From Octopus sinensis (Eukaryota): DNA of 64,000 nucleotides. The notes below the pieces were generated by a model, which searched no databases, was not told where the DNA came from, and worked only from the letters and a program-made list of their open reading frames with translations. The first letter of the stretch is position 1. Each line of letters starts with the position of its first letter. Location: assembly GCF_006345805.1 (NCBI RefSeq), contig NC_042999.1, forward strand, positions 21,204,001 through 21,268,000, given 5' to 3'. Position numbers and translations under genes: made by a program. Positions 39,991 through 53,830 of this stretch are shown in pieces.

Positions 39991-41366
39991 ATATTATATA
40001 TATATATGGGGTGTGTGTGTGTGTGTTGTGTGTGTGTGTGTGTGTGTGGTGTGTGTGTGAGTATATAAGCATATTTATATGTCTATGTATCTATATAACT
40101 GAGTTTTTGTATATATAATTAAATAAAAAGATACTGTAATGTTCTTCTTTGCTCTGTCCTATTTTTGTTTTTATGTTTCAAAACATATACAGACTAGCGG
40201 TTAGTGAATTAAATTTAAATGGAGGCGTGTTCGTGTCTAGACTGGGGACAGTTGATTTGTTCTTTGAGGCCTTGAGAGAAAAAAAACAGAAGGAAGTTGA
40301 TAACTACTGAAATGGTCAGTTGTATCCACCTTATAACTTTGCGATCACTAAATGCTGTATTTTATTCTTCATTTTATTTGTAGGATCACTATCTCTCTTT
40401 CGCGGAATTGTTAACTGTCTTTGCGTGATTTGGTTAATGTAGCCAACTGCTTTGCCTCGCGCATAGATACACATTACCACATGTCACTAAGACGCAGAAA
40501 AGTTTTTCATGATTTCCAGTCAGGCCTTGAGAGAAATAAGACTTATTGAATCTGTACAGTTTGTTCAATTTAATACAAGATTATGAGACTACGCGAGCAT
40601 CCATCATGTTCCATATTTTTATATCATGAAGTAACTACAACTGTTATATTTTTAATATGCTGCATACACCTCATTTGAACTTGTGACATTATGAAAAGAA
40701 GCACTAAACATTCCTTCTATTCACCTAGGATACTTATCTCTGAATGCTGTTCTGTTAAGCCTTCTGAACGTTGTTTATTGTTCACATTTACATGGATTTA
40801 TAATTATTGCATTACAAGGTATGCTATTAGCGCTATTATAAATCCTCTGATGTTATTTTAGTGTCTATCAACTAAATATTCTTCAGTCTGTTTAGAACAG
40901 CATCCCTTATAATCTGAACATTAACGTAAAATGATAACAAATAGTAAACCGGACACGTTCCTTTTCTTTTTTTATTATATATTTATACATTTTGTATTTT
41001 GATAATGTTTGTATTTTATCTGTCACTATATCGATGGCTTTAGTTTTGTCTATAAACTCCTGGAAAAGAAACATCACTTTGGTTAAACATTATCATATTG
41101 AATGAAATAACGTGATTTTCTAACGGCGGGCTTACTTAGGCAGTCACCTGAGGGGGTGCATTTTTCACCTTGGATGTATGACAAGGATTAGGCAATATCG
41201 CATAACATGTCGAAACAATTGTAGGAATTTTGAATAAAAATGCTGTTAATCACATTTTCTATCATGTATCTACTTCTATAAACTTTACTGATACTATGGA
41301 ATTCCAGATGTATACCTAGTAACAAGAGCATTTCTGCTGTATAATATAAGCAAACACACGCACACG

Positions 41367-41433
<67 letters not shown>

Positions 41434-43032
41434 ATATAATATAATATAATTATAAATAATAAATACATTATATACAATATACACAATATATGTACATCCC
41501 AACAGATATATGTATATATACATGCATATATGGGTACAGGACGTCGAAACAAAATGCGAAACGAGAACATAAAAAACAAAAGCATGGAAAACGAACTTTT
41601 TTTGAACAACGAAAGAAACAAATAGAGAAAAGAGGCAGGCAGTGTAAAGAACATTCCCTTCATCAGTTGTCCCCTGTTTCATCTACTCCACTTTTCGAAG
41701 GTTGGGACAACAGATATATATATATATATATTATTTTATCCTTTTATTTGTTTCAATCATTTCACTGTGGCCATTTTGGAGCACCGCCTTTAGTCGAACA
41801 AATCTATTATTTTTTGTAAGCCTAGTACTAATTCTGTCGGTCTCTAATGGTGTCATAACCCCGAAATATTGAATACAAGGTAAGTCTATATAAATTCACA
41901 TATTTGTTTTCTTGTGATTTACCTTGCATTTACTTCGCATTGTTTTGGCCTTACCCACGATCTTTTATATATATACAACTAAAATTACGGAGAAAAGCAA
42001 TGAAATGTGTGGACGTAGTGCAAGCAATGTATTAATAAGATGCGCAAAGAAGGAAGAGTGCAATTGTTTTTCGTTTCAAGCATACGTCTTCTTCGGAAAC
42101 AGGAATAATAGGGAAGTCAGAAGGGAAAGATGGGCGAGGGCGAGGTGGGGTGGATTCGCGAAGGGTCCACGTGTGGTTACATTTCTGAAGTGACCGGAAG
42201 GAGTGAAGGGAAAGTGCTTTCTGAGACAGGAGGGTGTGGAGATGGTCGGTATATGTGTGTGTGTGATAGCGTGTGTGTGTATATGTGTGGTAGCATTTGT
42301 ACGTTGCAATATGTGTCTGTGTGTATGTGTGTGTGTGTGTGTTTGTGTGTGCATACACGCAGTGTAAGAAAGAGTGCAACTCACATACATAAATATGGAC
42401 GTATATACAAAAAGCGTTTATAGGTACTCAGAAATTATTCCACCGTTTATGTTTATGTCTTATATATCTAATTTTCAAATATTTGCGTCTCGTTGCAATA
42501 ATTTAAAATAACTAGAAACCATAATTAATAATAGCTTTTTCCCGACAAATTGGCGTCTACTATTAATTTACATACGTTCCGTACTGTCTCTGTATCTCCT
42601 TTGTACTGTCTACCTCTTCACATATTTTTCCTCTTCATATATCTATAGCTTACTCGCATACGCATTCGTTTTCTTCTTTCTTATTGCCGATTTTCTTATG
42701 GCCGATTTGGTACCTCTTCGGTTATTTAATTCCATCTATCTCGTTCTACACATACGCTCACACGCACACATCCCCTTAGAAAAACGCACAAATATACATA
42801 TACATGTGTGTGTGTATACACACACACACACACGCACACACACATATATATATATATATATGTGTATATATATATATACATATTTACATATAGACATGTA
42901 TACATGTATATATATTTATATACAGTTATCTGTAAATATACATACATATATGTGTGTGTGCCGGTATATATGTATATGTCTTGTCTATATGTATCTATAC
43001 ATAGAGACATATATACAGATATCTATATATAT

Positions 43033-43127
<95 letters not shown>

Positions 43128-43689
43128 TGCATATATATAGAGAGAGAAAAATATATACATATATTATAATTTACATACAGTTATCTGAAAATAGGAGTGT
43201 ATATACATACATATATATATGTGTGTGTGTGTAGGTATATATGTATATGTCTGTCTATATATATCTATACATAGCCCTCTCTATAACTATTAATATGTCT
43301 TTATACCATCCTCTGTTTTCCTTCCTTATACACACACACACACACACACAACACACATATGTGTGTGTGTGAGTTGTGAATGTGTGTGTATGAGCGTGTG
43401 TTTTATGACACATACATAAATGTGACGTTGCATATATTCGTACGTATATATACATGGTGTACGTGGTCTTTTATATACGTATGTTGACATCAACTGATGT
43501 TTGATTGATTGGGTGTACATCTTAGTTGTATTTACTAATATCGACGGACAGTTTTATAATGAATGTCTACCACTCCTTTGTTAATAAGCTATGTACTAAA
43601 TGAACTTGTAAGAGTCTGACTAGAAAACAAATAATTGCATTTTTTTCTTCGTATTTTATAGCAAATGTAGGTGTTTGTTTTAATTATCT

Positions 43690-44011
43690 TCCCGATTGCG
43701 GTCTTTTGTTTCTTTACGTTCTTCTCCACCATGACCGACATCGCTATCAATATCATCATCGTCGTCATCGTCGTCAACGTCGTCGTTTGTCGTCGTCGTC
43801 TCGTCGTCATCGTCTTCCTTCTTGACCACCTTCTCAACCTCCTTCTCGTCATCATCGTCATCATTTCTAGCTTCCGCATCATCTCTATTCTCATGATCAT
43901 CACTGACAACTTGGTCTATCGTCGACATCTTCATCATTGCCACCATCATTTTCCTTTTCACTACCTCCTCCCTTTGCACGTCCTCCCCCATCACCATCAT
44001 GTTCATCATCA

Positions 44012-44050
<39 letters not shown>

Positions 44051-44090
44051 CCATCACCATCATCATCAACGTCGTCGTCATCATCATCAC
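43690..44090. repeat. Degenerate (CAT/CGT)n triplet tract
   Basis: Directly visible. Confidence 0.85.
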
Positions 44091-44111
44091 AATCTTCGTT
44101 AACATCCCCAG

Positions 44112-44167
<56 letters not shown>

Positions 44168-44351
44168 TAATAATAATAATAATAATAGTAAAATTTAATC
44201 TCTCTGCATCACCACTGCATCACTTCCTAGGGGGAGCACCAACTGCAGCTCCACCATAGGAAAAGAAAACAAACAATATGCAAGTTAAACAATACAAAAA
44301 AAAAACAGAAAGAAAATGAGCAAAATCTCTACACATAAAATAAGGTATATA
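44075..44351. repeat. Right arm of the long-range inverted duplication (partner 32576-32960)
   Basis: See left arm; very few substitutions in the unique part. Confidence 0.9.
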
Positions 44352-44357
44352 TACAAT

Positions 44358-44400
<43 letters not shown>

Positions 44401-44632
44401 CTGGGATTTCAGTAGAACTACTATTAGTGGATGCTTCGTTTTGTGTAGACGTGTAGACTTCTCTCGTTCTACAAAGACAAGTAAATCACTGTTTATATCT
44501 AGCAATGGAATGAAGGTATAAACGTTTATAACTACGTGTATGTCTGTATGTGTGTGTGTGTGTGTAAATGTTTCCTTCCCAACTGTATGGACCCGGATTC
44601 AGCCCCACTGCGTTGCACTTTAGGCAAGTGTC

Positions 44633-44882
44633 TAGGGGGACAAACACAGACATACAAACACACGCACACATACATATATATGTATATATATATATACATA
44701 TATACGACAGGCTTCTTTCAGTTTCCGTCTACCAAATCAACGCACAAGGCATTGGTCGGCCCGGGGCTATAGCAGAAGACACTTCCCAAGATGCCTCGCA
44801 GTGGGACTGAACCTGGAACCATGTGGTTGGTTAGGAAGCTACTTACTACTCAGCCACTCCTGCGCGATATGTATATATGTAT

Positions 44883-44915
<33 letters not shown>

Positions 44916-45155
44916 CATATCGCGCATGAGTGGCTGAGTAGTAAGTATCTTCCTACCAACCACATGGTTCCAGGTTCAGTCCCACTGCGAGGCATCTGGC
45001 AAGTGTCTTGCTATAGCCCCGGGCCGACCAATGCCTTGTGCGTTGATTTGGTAGACGGAAACTGAAAGAAGCCTGTCGTATATATGTATATATATATACA
45101 TATATATGTATGTGTGGCGTGTGTTTGTATGTGTGTGTGTTGTTTGTCCCCCTAG
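44633..45155. repeat. Head-to-head S2 SINE palindrome centred on (TA)n; the + copy continues to about 45330
   Basis: Both arms share private variants (TGGCTGAGTAGTAAG, CACTGCGAGGCATC, TTGTGCGTTGATTTGG) and the flank CGCGATATGTATATATGTAT. Confidence 0.85.
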
Positions 45156-45331
45156 CATTGCTTGACAACCGATGCTGGTGAGATTACGTCCCCATCACTT
45201 AGCGGTTCGGCAAAAGCGATACCGATAGAATAACGTACTGGGATTACAAAGAATAAGCCCCGGGGTCGATTTGCTCGACTAAAGGCGGTGCTCCAGCATG
45301 GCCGCACTCAAATGTGAAACAAGTTAAAAAG

Positions 45332-45427
<96 letters not shown>

Positions 45428-45862
45428 TACATATATATACATATATATGGTAAAAAATACATGAAAGAGAGTTTGTTTACCCCATCTATTTTAGGATAAG
45501 CGCGAACAAAACGTAAACCATTATTAAAAATACAGGATACCGGCCCCTTTACTGAAAAATACTTTGGTTAGCAAATATCCCCCTCTAGCAAGGAAAATCT
45601 CAAATTCAGTATTGTATCCAAAACTCAAAATTTGAAAAGCGATAGCGAAACCGGTTAATATTTTGGAAGACAAAAAATCTTATTTTGTACAATACTGTAT
45701 AATATTTTTACGATTATGATTCTAATATATACTTTAGCCTTTAAAACAAATGTTTTGTGGTTTACATCTTATTTCTTTCTTATACAGTCAACCACGTGTA
45801 GTCACCCACCATACTTTCTATCTCATATACATATATATATATAAATAAATATATATATATAA

Positions 45863-45916
<54 letters not shown>

Positions 45917-45921
45917 ATATA

Positions 45922-45959
<38 letters not shown>

Positions 45960-46196
45960 GTATATATATATATATATATAATATAATATATGTATATATA
46001 TATATTATATATACATTATATATTATATATATATATAATATAATATATATATATAATATATATATATATGTATATATATCTATATATATACATACACACC
46101 ACATATAAATATATATATTGTATATATACATACATATATATGTATGGAGTGGCAGTGTGTTAAGAATATATATAATATATATACATACATATATAT

Positions 46197-46605
46197 GCAG
46201 GAGTGGCTGCGTGGTAAGTAGCTTGCTAACCAACCACATGGTTCCGGGTTCAGTCCCACTGCGTGGCGTCTTGGGCAAGTGTCTTCTGCTATAGCCCCGG
46301 GCCGACCAATGCCTTGTGAGTGGATTTGGTAGACGGAAACTGAAAGAAGCCTGTCGTATATATGTATATATATATAAGTGTGTGTGTATGTGTTTGTGTG
46401 TCTGTGTTTGTCCCCCTAGCATTGCTTGACAACCGATGCTGGTGCGTTTACGTCGCCGTCACTTAGCGGTTCGGCAAAAGAGACCGATAGAATAAGTACT
46501 GGGCTTACAAAGAATAAGTGCCGGGGTCGATTTGCTCGACTAAAGGCGGTGCTCCAGCATGGCCGCAGTCAAATGACTGAAACAAGTAAAAGAGAGAGTA
46601 AGAGT
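46197..46605 (+). mobile_element. Full-length S2 SINE
   Basis: Family head, internal microsatellite and tail all present. Confidence 0.9.
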
Positions 46606-46611
46606 ATATAT

Positions 46612-46652
<41 letters not shown>

Positions 46653-46700
46653 ATATATTCATACACAACACACACTCCGCACGCATAATATATATATATA

Positions 46701-47160
46701 TGACGATGATGATAATGATGATGATGGCCATCCACTCGCGACAGAGGAAGACCATTGCTGACCTTTAGGAACATTGTGCGCTTTAAGATTAACTTATATT
46801 TTGCATTTGCGGCTCCGTTGGTGGCTAATGATCCCTGCTCTTGACAAGCATACACAACTGCAAACATTACAAACCAAGTTTTCTCCATTCACTACACCAG
46901 CATCGCGCTTTCGAGCACCACCCTTAAGTTCTTCATGCAGAATACGTACTCTTTCAAAGGTGTGACCCTCTCCTTAGCCTGCTTCCTCCATCTGTGGCGA
47001 TGACAGGTATTGCTCTGCCAGTCGGTCTCCTGCATATCACAGGCCTTTAATGAGGACTCGACACATTCCTTAAATCGCAGACTTGGTTTCTGCTGGGGTT
47101 TCTTTCCACTAACACGTTCTCCATATAGCATATGGGATCCTGCTATCCTTCTTTCTAATA
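46701..47160 (-). mobile_element. 3' fragment of an RTE-type LINE
   Basis: DSRIP../LYGERVSGKK...PSLRFKECVESSLKA...DWQ...RHRWR (RTE C-terminal motif), then ENLVCNVCSCVCLSRAGIISHQRS zinc-finger-like motif, short 3' UTR and GGATGGC(CAT)n tail. Confidence 0.8.
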
Positions 47161-47646
47161 TTATGTCCAGTCCAACGTAACTGATGTTTGTACACTATCG
47201 CCTCAATACTCAATATATCAGCTTTCCTCAGGAGTTTTTAAGGTTCAATACAAATTTAGGGAATGGAACAAGTAAAATCCAAGCAGTATATGTTTCCTAG
47301 CTAGCAGAACTTCTGAATTAATAATTACTCAACGAGGTGTAATCCACTAGCTATCCATCAAGCCGAAGATACCTTAGTTAAGAAGAAGTTATATTGTCGT
47401 CAAGGGATCCCAAGTTAACTCGCAGGTGATTTGATCATATGCTCTTTTCCCAGATTTTCTGGTCTATATGTTCTTCTCTGGAAATGGCGCTGACTCATCG
47501 CAAGATTATTGCCAAGTGAGTAGGCTGCAGCAATGTAAAATTGAAGTGTTTCGATCAAGAACACAAGGCTCGGGCCAGTATTCGAAATCACAGTCATCCG
47601 GTCATTAGTTCAACAAACCTCACCACTAAGTTACGTGCCTCCACTA

Positions 47647-47686
<40 letters not shown>

Positions 47687-47690
47687 AATC

Positions 47691-47721
<31 letters not shown>

Positions 47722-47753
47722 CTATCTATTTATCTATCTCTATCTCTCTCTAT

Positions 47754-47785
<32 letters not shown>

Positions 47786-49172
47786 CAATACACATGTAAG
47801 TGTGTACATGTGTACGCTTGTGTATGTATGTCTGTGTATGTGTGTGTGCGTGTGGTGTTAGTGTGTAGTTATGAAGAAGTTGTGTGAGAAGCAAAACGTT
47901 ACAAAATGTAGGCATTTTTGTTTAACACATGCATATACGTTACACGGTAAATAAGAAACTAACATGTCGAAATCGCATTTGGAAAAGTTCAATACATCAA
48001 ATGTCAGAAACGTAATTCACTTTTGGTATTTTAACTTCGTCATTTAGTAAAATTTACTTCACTTACCTTTGCTTAATTCATTTTCTCTTTTTTTCATTGA
48101 AGAAATTTAGTAACTTTAGTGTAAGGTATTTTTTTCATGCATTTCCTAGCAGCTTGAACTTTATCGATTGTAACCAAACAGTTAAATTTTGGCGTGTTCT
48201 GAATGCAAATAAAATCGATTGGTAGTTTTATAGTAGTAGAATTGCTTCCTTAGGGCACCAAACAAACCATATTACATGGGAAAGAATGCGAAAGAATGGC
48301 AAAGATTAAGAAAGAATGCTATACCTTATAATCACCGATTATCTTTAGAGTGGGATTATAATGCCTTGCTTGAAATCAGAAGAATATACTCCTGATAACT
48401 AATAATTGTACTGAGTTTGATACGGAAACGGTATAAAACGTTTCTTCAGTAGGTCGTTTGTGATGTTAAACGATAACCTATTGATGGTTTGAACACTGAT
48501 GCACAGAATATATATGGAACTGAAAGCGAGTTGCTTACATAAGCGTGGGTGTATTCAACAATGGCTCAATTGTGTTCTAGAATACGGTCTAACATATAAA
48601 ATACGAGTGTTTGTAATCAACGTGATTCACCAAATTCAAAATCCGTCAGTTATGTATCCACAAATCTTCGTTGTGCTATATATTACGAAACAACGACATA
48701 GAGCACGAAAAAACTTCATCTTGTGGAGTATGTTCTGCATGAAAAAAATAATTGAAGAGATACATTTACCAGATACTGACTCTGTTGCACGTAACGGGAT
48801 TTTATTCTACCAGTGATTACTTATTCAGTTTCCTTATGTATTAGTTACGAATGATTACTTTGAAGCGTGCAGGCTGCAAAATACACGCTATTAACAACGC
48901 TCAACAGAGCAGAAATTCAAGTAGCACATCTAGATATTGGGACGAATTTTGTTTCCCTCTGATATATCTTTTGTATTTCAACACGGCATGTCCATAAGAG
49001 ATGTTAAATCCGGAAAATATCAAAATAAATGGTTCTTACACAGATTTGTTCATATTAAGTATAATAAATAAATGGCTATCTATCTATTTAACTATCTATC
49101 AAATTGGCTAATAACAGTATGTACTACTCTATCTATACTTACGTAAACACACACACATATATATATATAATA

Positions 49173-49561
49173 CAGTATACATTTAAACACATAAGGAATC
49201 CACACATGGGATTCGACACGCTAGAAAGAACAGCTAGGTTTCATAACTACAAAATTAGGGATAAAATTCGACAGGAACGAAATGGAAAAATAAAAACATT
49301 TTACCATCTAGTTTCGTGTTTATATATTTAATCTAAGGTGTACCTGTTGAAAACGATTTCACCCCACGGATAAATGTTATTTACGTGCTAAACTAAAATC
49401 AGAAAACAAATGGTCCAGGAAACTAGATGGTAAAATGTTTTTATTGTTTCATTTCGTTCCCGTCGAATTTTATCCCTAATTTTGTGGTTATAGAACCTAG
49501 CTGTTCTTTTTAGCGTGTCGAATCCCATGAGTGGATTCCTAATGTTTTTAAATGTACACTG
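49173..49561. mobile_element. Tc1/mariner-type MITE with about 145-bp inverted arms and TA TSD
   Basis: ta|CAGTATACATTTAAA ... TTTAAATGTACACTG|ta; arms pair through GGAATC.AC.CATGGGATTCGACACGCTA to CCATCTAGTTTC. Confidence 0.82.
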
Positions 49562-49728
49562 TATTTTATGACTAATACAAAGTCTTTTGGACTAAATTTT
49601 ACACGCTAGGCCATTGGAAATGAAAATTTCTATTAATTTCCATCTCACTTTTATATGATTACACACACACACACATACAACACACAACTATATACATATA
49701 TATAATAGATTATATATACTTATATATT

Positions 49729-49779
<51 letters not shown>

Positions 49780-50015
49780 CATACATATATATGCGTGTGT
49801 TGTGTGTGTGTGGTAACAAGAAGAGGTCAGTGAGAACAAAACACTAAAAACAAACGATGGGCTGTTAACGAATATATTATATATATATAATTAAAAGGAT
49901 AAGATCGTTAATTTAAAAATAAAACGATTTCATCAAGTGGTCAGCATGGATAAAAATAACCTTCAAAGGTAATAATAAATGGGTAATATCGATGTCACAT
50001 TCTTTTGTTGTTACT

Positions 50016-50054
<39 letters not shown>

Positions 50055-50064
50055 TATATGGCGT

Positions 50065-50255
50065 ATGGCGTATGTGTTTCCCAGGTGGATGGGACGCCAG
50101 TCCATCGCAGCGTTACTCATTTTTGCCAGCTGAGTGGACTGGAGCACGTGAATGAAGTGTTTTGCTCAAGAACACAACGCGTCGCTCGGCAGGAATCGAA
50201 ACCACAATCTTACGATTATGATGCTGATACCCTAACCATTAAACCACACGCCTCC
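50065..50255 (-). mobile_element. S3 SINE (CORE-like)
   Basis: rc GGAGGCGTGTGGTTTAATGGTTAGGG...GGTTTCGATTCC...GTTCTTGAGCAAAACACTTCATTCACGTGCTCCAGTCCACTCAGCTGG. Confidence 0.8.
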
Positions 50256-50299
50256 ACAGACACAGACACAGACACAGACACACACACATACACACATAC

Positions 50300-50369
<70 letters not shown>

Positions 50370-51144
50370 TATATATATATAATATATATACAAAAAGCAA
50401 TAAAGATTCAAGTTAATTTAAATGAATTTACTTGAATATGGTACCTAACTTAGATGCACCAAAACAAACTATACGGTTTTAACAATACAGTAATGTGGGG
50501 TGATTATAAGCGAGAAAGAAGCAACAAGAATGATAGGTTTTTAGTACAATCGTTTCATACAAGGACAGGCTTTATTAAAAGTTGCAAAAATTGCAGCATA
50601 TAAACGTGTCCCGTACTCATCACATCAGCTAAAATACATGTGAGTTCTCTAGACATCCTAGTGGTTGAGGCTATACTCATGAAGTAATGTAGATAATTAA
50701 TAACATAAACAGATTTCTAAAGTTCATTAAAGTTCTTTAAAGATGATGTACAGTCTTATCACAGAATTTTAAAAAGTTTTAATAGCATCACAGAGAAGGT
50801 GACTTAATCCATAGTGTACATATGAATTTCCGAGATATGAGGAGGGATTACATACTCACAGACACAATTTATCCATTGCTAATCACAACAAGGTGGGTTT
50901 CAATTCCTGCTTATTAGCATTACCGAGAGGGTGAATTAATCCTTTTATAGATGCACAATTTCCAATGGTGTAGATGTAAATTTCCAGAGAATAAGAGGAA
51001 TTTCATATTCACAGGCGATAAATTTATCAGTGGTTGAACACAATGAGGTGGGTATCAATTCTTGCTATATGATTAGGTATTTGCCACATTAATCACATTA
51101 CTGCTATTTTCAAGAGACTGTAGCTATATATATATATATATATA

Positions 51145-51554
51145 GGTGCAGGAGTGGCTGTGTGGTAGGTAGCTTGTTTACCAACCACATGGTTCTGGGT
51201 TCAGTCCCACTGCGTGACACCTTGGGCAAGTGTTTTCTACTATAGTCTCGGGCCGACCAAAGCCTTGTGAGTGGATTTGGTAGACGGAAACTGAAAGAAG
51301 CCCGTCGTATATAAGTATATATATATATATGCGTGTGTGTGTTTGTACGTCTGTGTTTGTCCCCCTAGCATTGCTTGACAACCGATGCTGGTGTGTTTAT
51401 GTCCCAGTTACTTAGCGGTTCGGCAAAAGAGACCGATAGAATAAGTACTGGGCTTACAAAAGAATAAGTCCTGGGATCGAGTTGCTTGATTAAAGGCGGT
51501 GTTCCAGCATGGCCGCAGTCAATTGACTGAAACAAGTAAAAGAGAAAAGAGTAA

Positions 51555-51555
<1 letters not shown>
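51145..51555 (+). mobile_element. Full-length S2 SINE
   Basis: Family head, body and tail present. Confidence 0.9.
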
Positions 51556-51592
<37 letters not shown>

Positions 51593-52304
51593 ATTATATA
51601 TATAATATATATATATATATACTTATATATATATATATATATATACATATATCATATAATGTACAGATGTGTATGTATGTATATATATATATATATACAG
51701 AGAGAGAGAGAGAGAAGGGGAGAGAAAGAGAGGGAATGACAGACAGACAGACAGACAAGCAGACACACTGACAGGTATACTATGTACATCATGCTAGTGT
51801 TGTTTTCGTGCGTAGTGCATTGTTAATCAACTAATACCTCCGCGTTCTGCCCTTCGTGGACTTTTGGATCTGTATTAACTCACAAGATATAATTATTTAC
51901 CACGAACATAAAGGGGAAGCAAATAAATTCAAATCCACATTGAACATATATTTGTACGTAGTTTTTATTTATCGTGCAACCAACATTTACATAGTTACAA
52001 GAGCTTAAATTTTCTATATAATTTAAGATTTCATAAAGTTACAAAGTATAAACGGATTACTCTTTTTAATACGTTTAGTACGCGAAGTCTTATTTTCTAT
52101 GTTTCTTTGAAAATAAAAGCGAGCTTCACTGAAAACGCCTCTGAGAGAGTGAAGAAGCTAAGCTCCTTATAAAGAAAATTAAGCATATATCTTTCTTCAA
52201 TGTTTCTTTGCAATATATGGATAATTTATCCCCTTCATGCTATTTTATTAGCATTATCTTGTGTTTGAGAATAAATATTTCTGAATATATATATATATAC
52301 ACAC

Positions 52305-52336
<32 letters not shown>

Positions 52337-52378
52337 CACACACACACATTATATATATATATCTATATATATTATAAT

Positions 52379-52416
<38 letters not shown>

Positions 52417-52494
52417 ATATATATATATATATATATATACATATATATCCATATATATATACATTTATATACATGAATATGGGAATACAAATAC

Positions 52495-52545
<51 letters not shown>

Positions 52546-52892
52546 CATCTATGTCCATAAATATGCATATATATATTATACGTATATATATGAACACGTA
52601 TATGTGTGTGTATACTATATACATCTATACATTTGATGTTGGTGTGCTTACGTCCCCGTAAATTAGCGGTTAGGCAAAAGTTACCGATAGAATAAGTACT
52701 AGGCTTGACAAAGAGAAAGTACATGGGTCGATTTGCTCGACTAAAAGTGGTGCTCCAACGTGGCCGCAGTAAATGACTGAAATAAATGAAAGAATAAAAG
52801 AATATATGATGATTGCTTCACTTTGACTGATGATTGCCGTCTCATCAACTCACACACCATCACACAGCAGAATCACTCAGATGACTTTTAAT

Positions 52893-53275
52893 ACCTATTT
52901 CTTTACTATCCACAAGGGGCTAAACACAGAGAGGACAGACAAAGGGATTAAGTCGATTATATCGACCCCTTGTGCGTAACTGGTTCTTATTTAATCGACC
53001 CCGAAAGGATGAAAGGCAAAGTCGACCTCGGCGGAATTTGAACTCAGAACGTAGCGGTAGACGAAATACCTATTTCTTTACTACCCACAAGGGCTAAATA
53101 CAGAGGGGAGAAGCAAGGACAGACAAACAGATTAAGTCAATTACATCGAGCCCAGTGGGTGACTGGTACTTAATTTATCGACCCCGAAAAGATGAAAGGC
53201 AAAGCCGACATCGGCGGAATTTGAACTCGGAACGTAGCGTTAGACGAAATACCGCTAAGTATTTCGCCCAGCGTG
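52893..53275 (-). mobile_element. Tandem S1 SINE dimer
   Basis: Two bodies joined at GACGAAATACC|TATTTCTTTACTACCCACAAGGG (about 53060-53090). Confidence 0.88.
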
Positions 53276-53404
53276 AGGGTTGCAAACACAAGTAACAGAT
53301 ACTATTCTTTTATGATTTTGCCTTTTATAATCTGATTCTGAAGGACAGTTTTTGTGACCTGGCATATGCCATTTAAGTCCAGATATTGTCTTACAAGTTT
53401 TGTG

Positions 53405-53608
53405 ACTACTCTGTTACTTGTTTCAGTCATTTGACTGCGGCCATACTGGAGCACCGCCTTTATTCGAGCAAATCGACCCCAAGACTTATTCTTTGGAAGC
53501 CTATTAATTATTCTATCGGTGTCTTTTGCCGAACCGCTAAGTTACGGGGACATAAACACACCACAATCGGTTGTCAACAAACACAGACAAACAAACACAT
53601 ACATACAT

Positions 53609-53675
<67 letters not shown>

Positions 53676-53830
53676 ATATATATAATATATATATACATGC
53701 ATACATATATACGAGGGGCGTCTATAGTATACGAAAAGCTTTTATAGTAGAAAAGTTCCACGTAGTGGGACTGTACACGGAACCAAGTGGTCGGTAAGCA
53801 AGCTTCTTACCACACAGCCACTCCTACGCC
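53405..53830 (-). mobile_element. S2 SINE
   Basis: Tail TTTCAGTCATTTGACTGCGGCCAT through head CACAGCCACTCCTACGCCT. Confidence 0.85.

Noticed and set aside
41640-41690. CTGATGAAGGG on the - strand
   Set aside because: No downstream GAAAC or pairing stem II
45625-45660. TTGAAAA GC GATA GC GAAACCGGTT hammerhead-like remnant
   Set aside because: CUGANGA core is lost and stem II is only 2 bp; at best a dead relic
48499-48816. 105-aa non-repetitive ORF
   Set aside because: No recognisable motif, no splice support, composition typical of random AT-rich DNA
50600-50640. CTGATGTGATGAGTAC on the - strand
   Set aside because: Interrupted core with no GAAA; cannot be folded as a hammerhead
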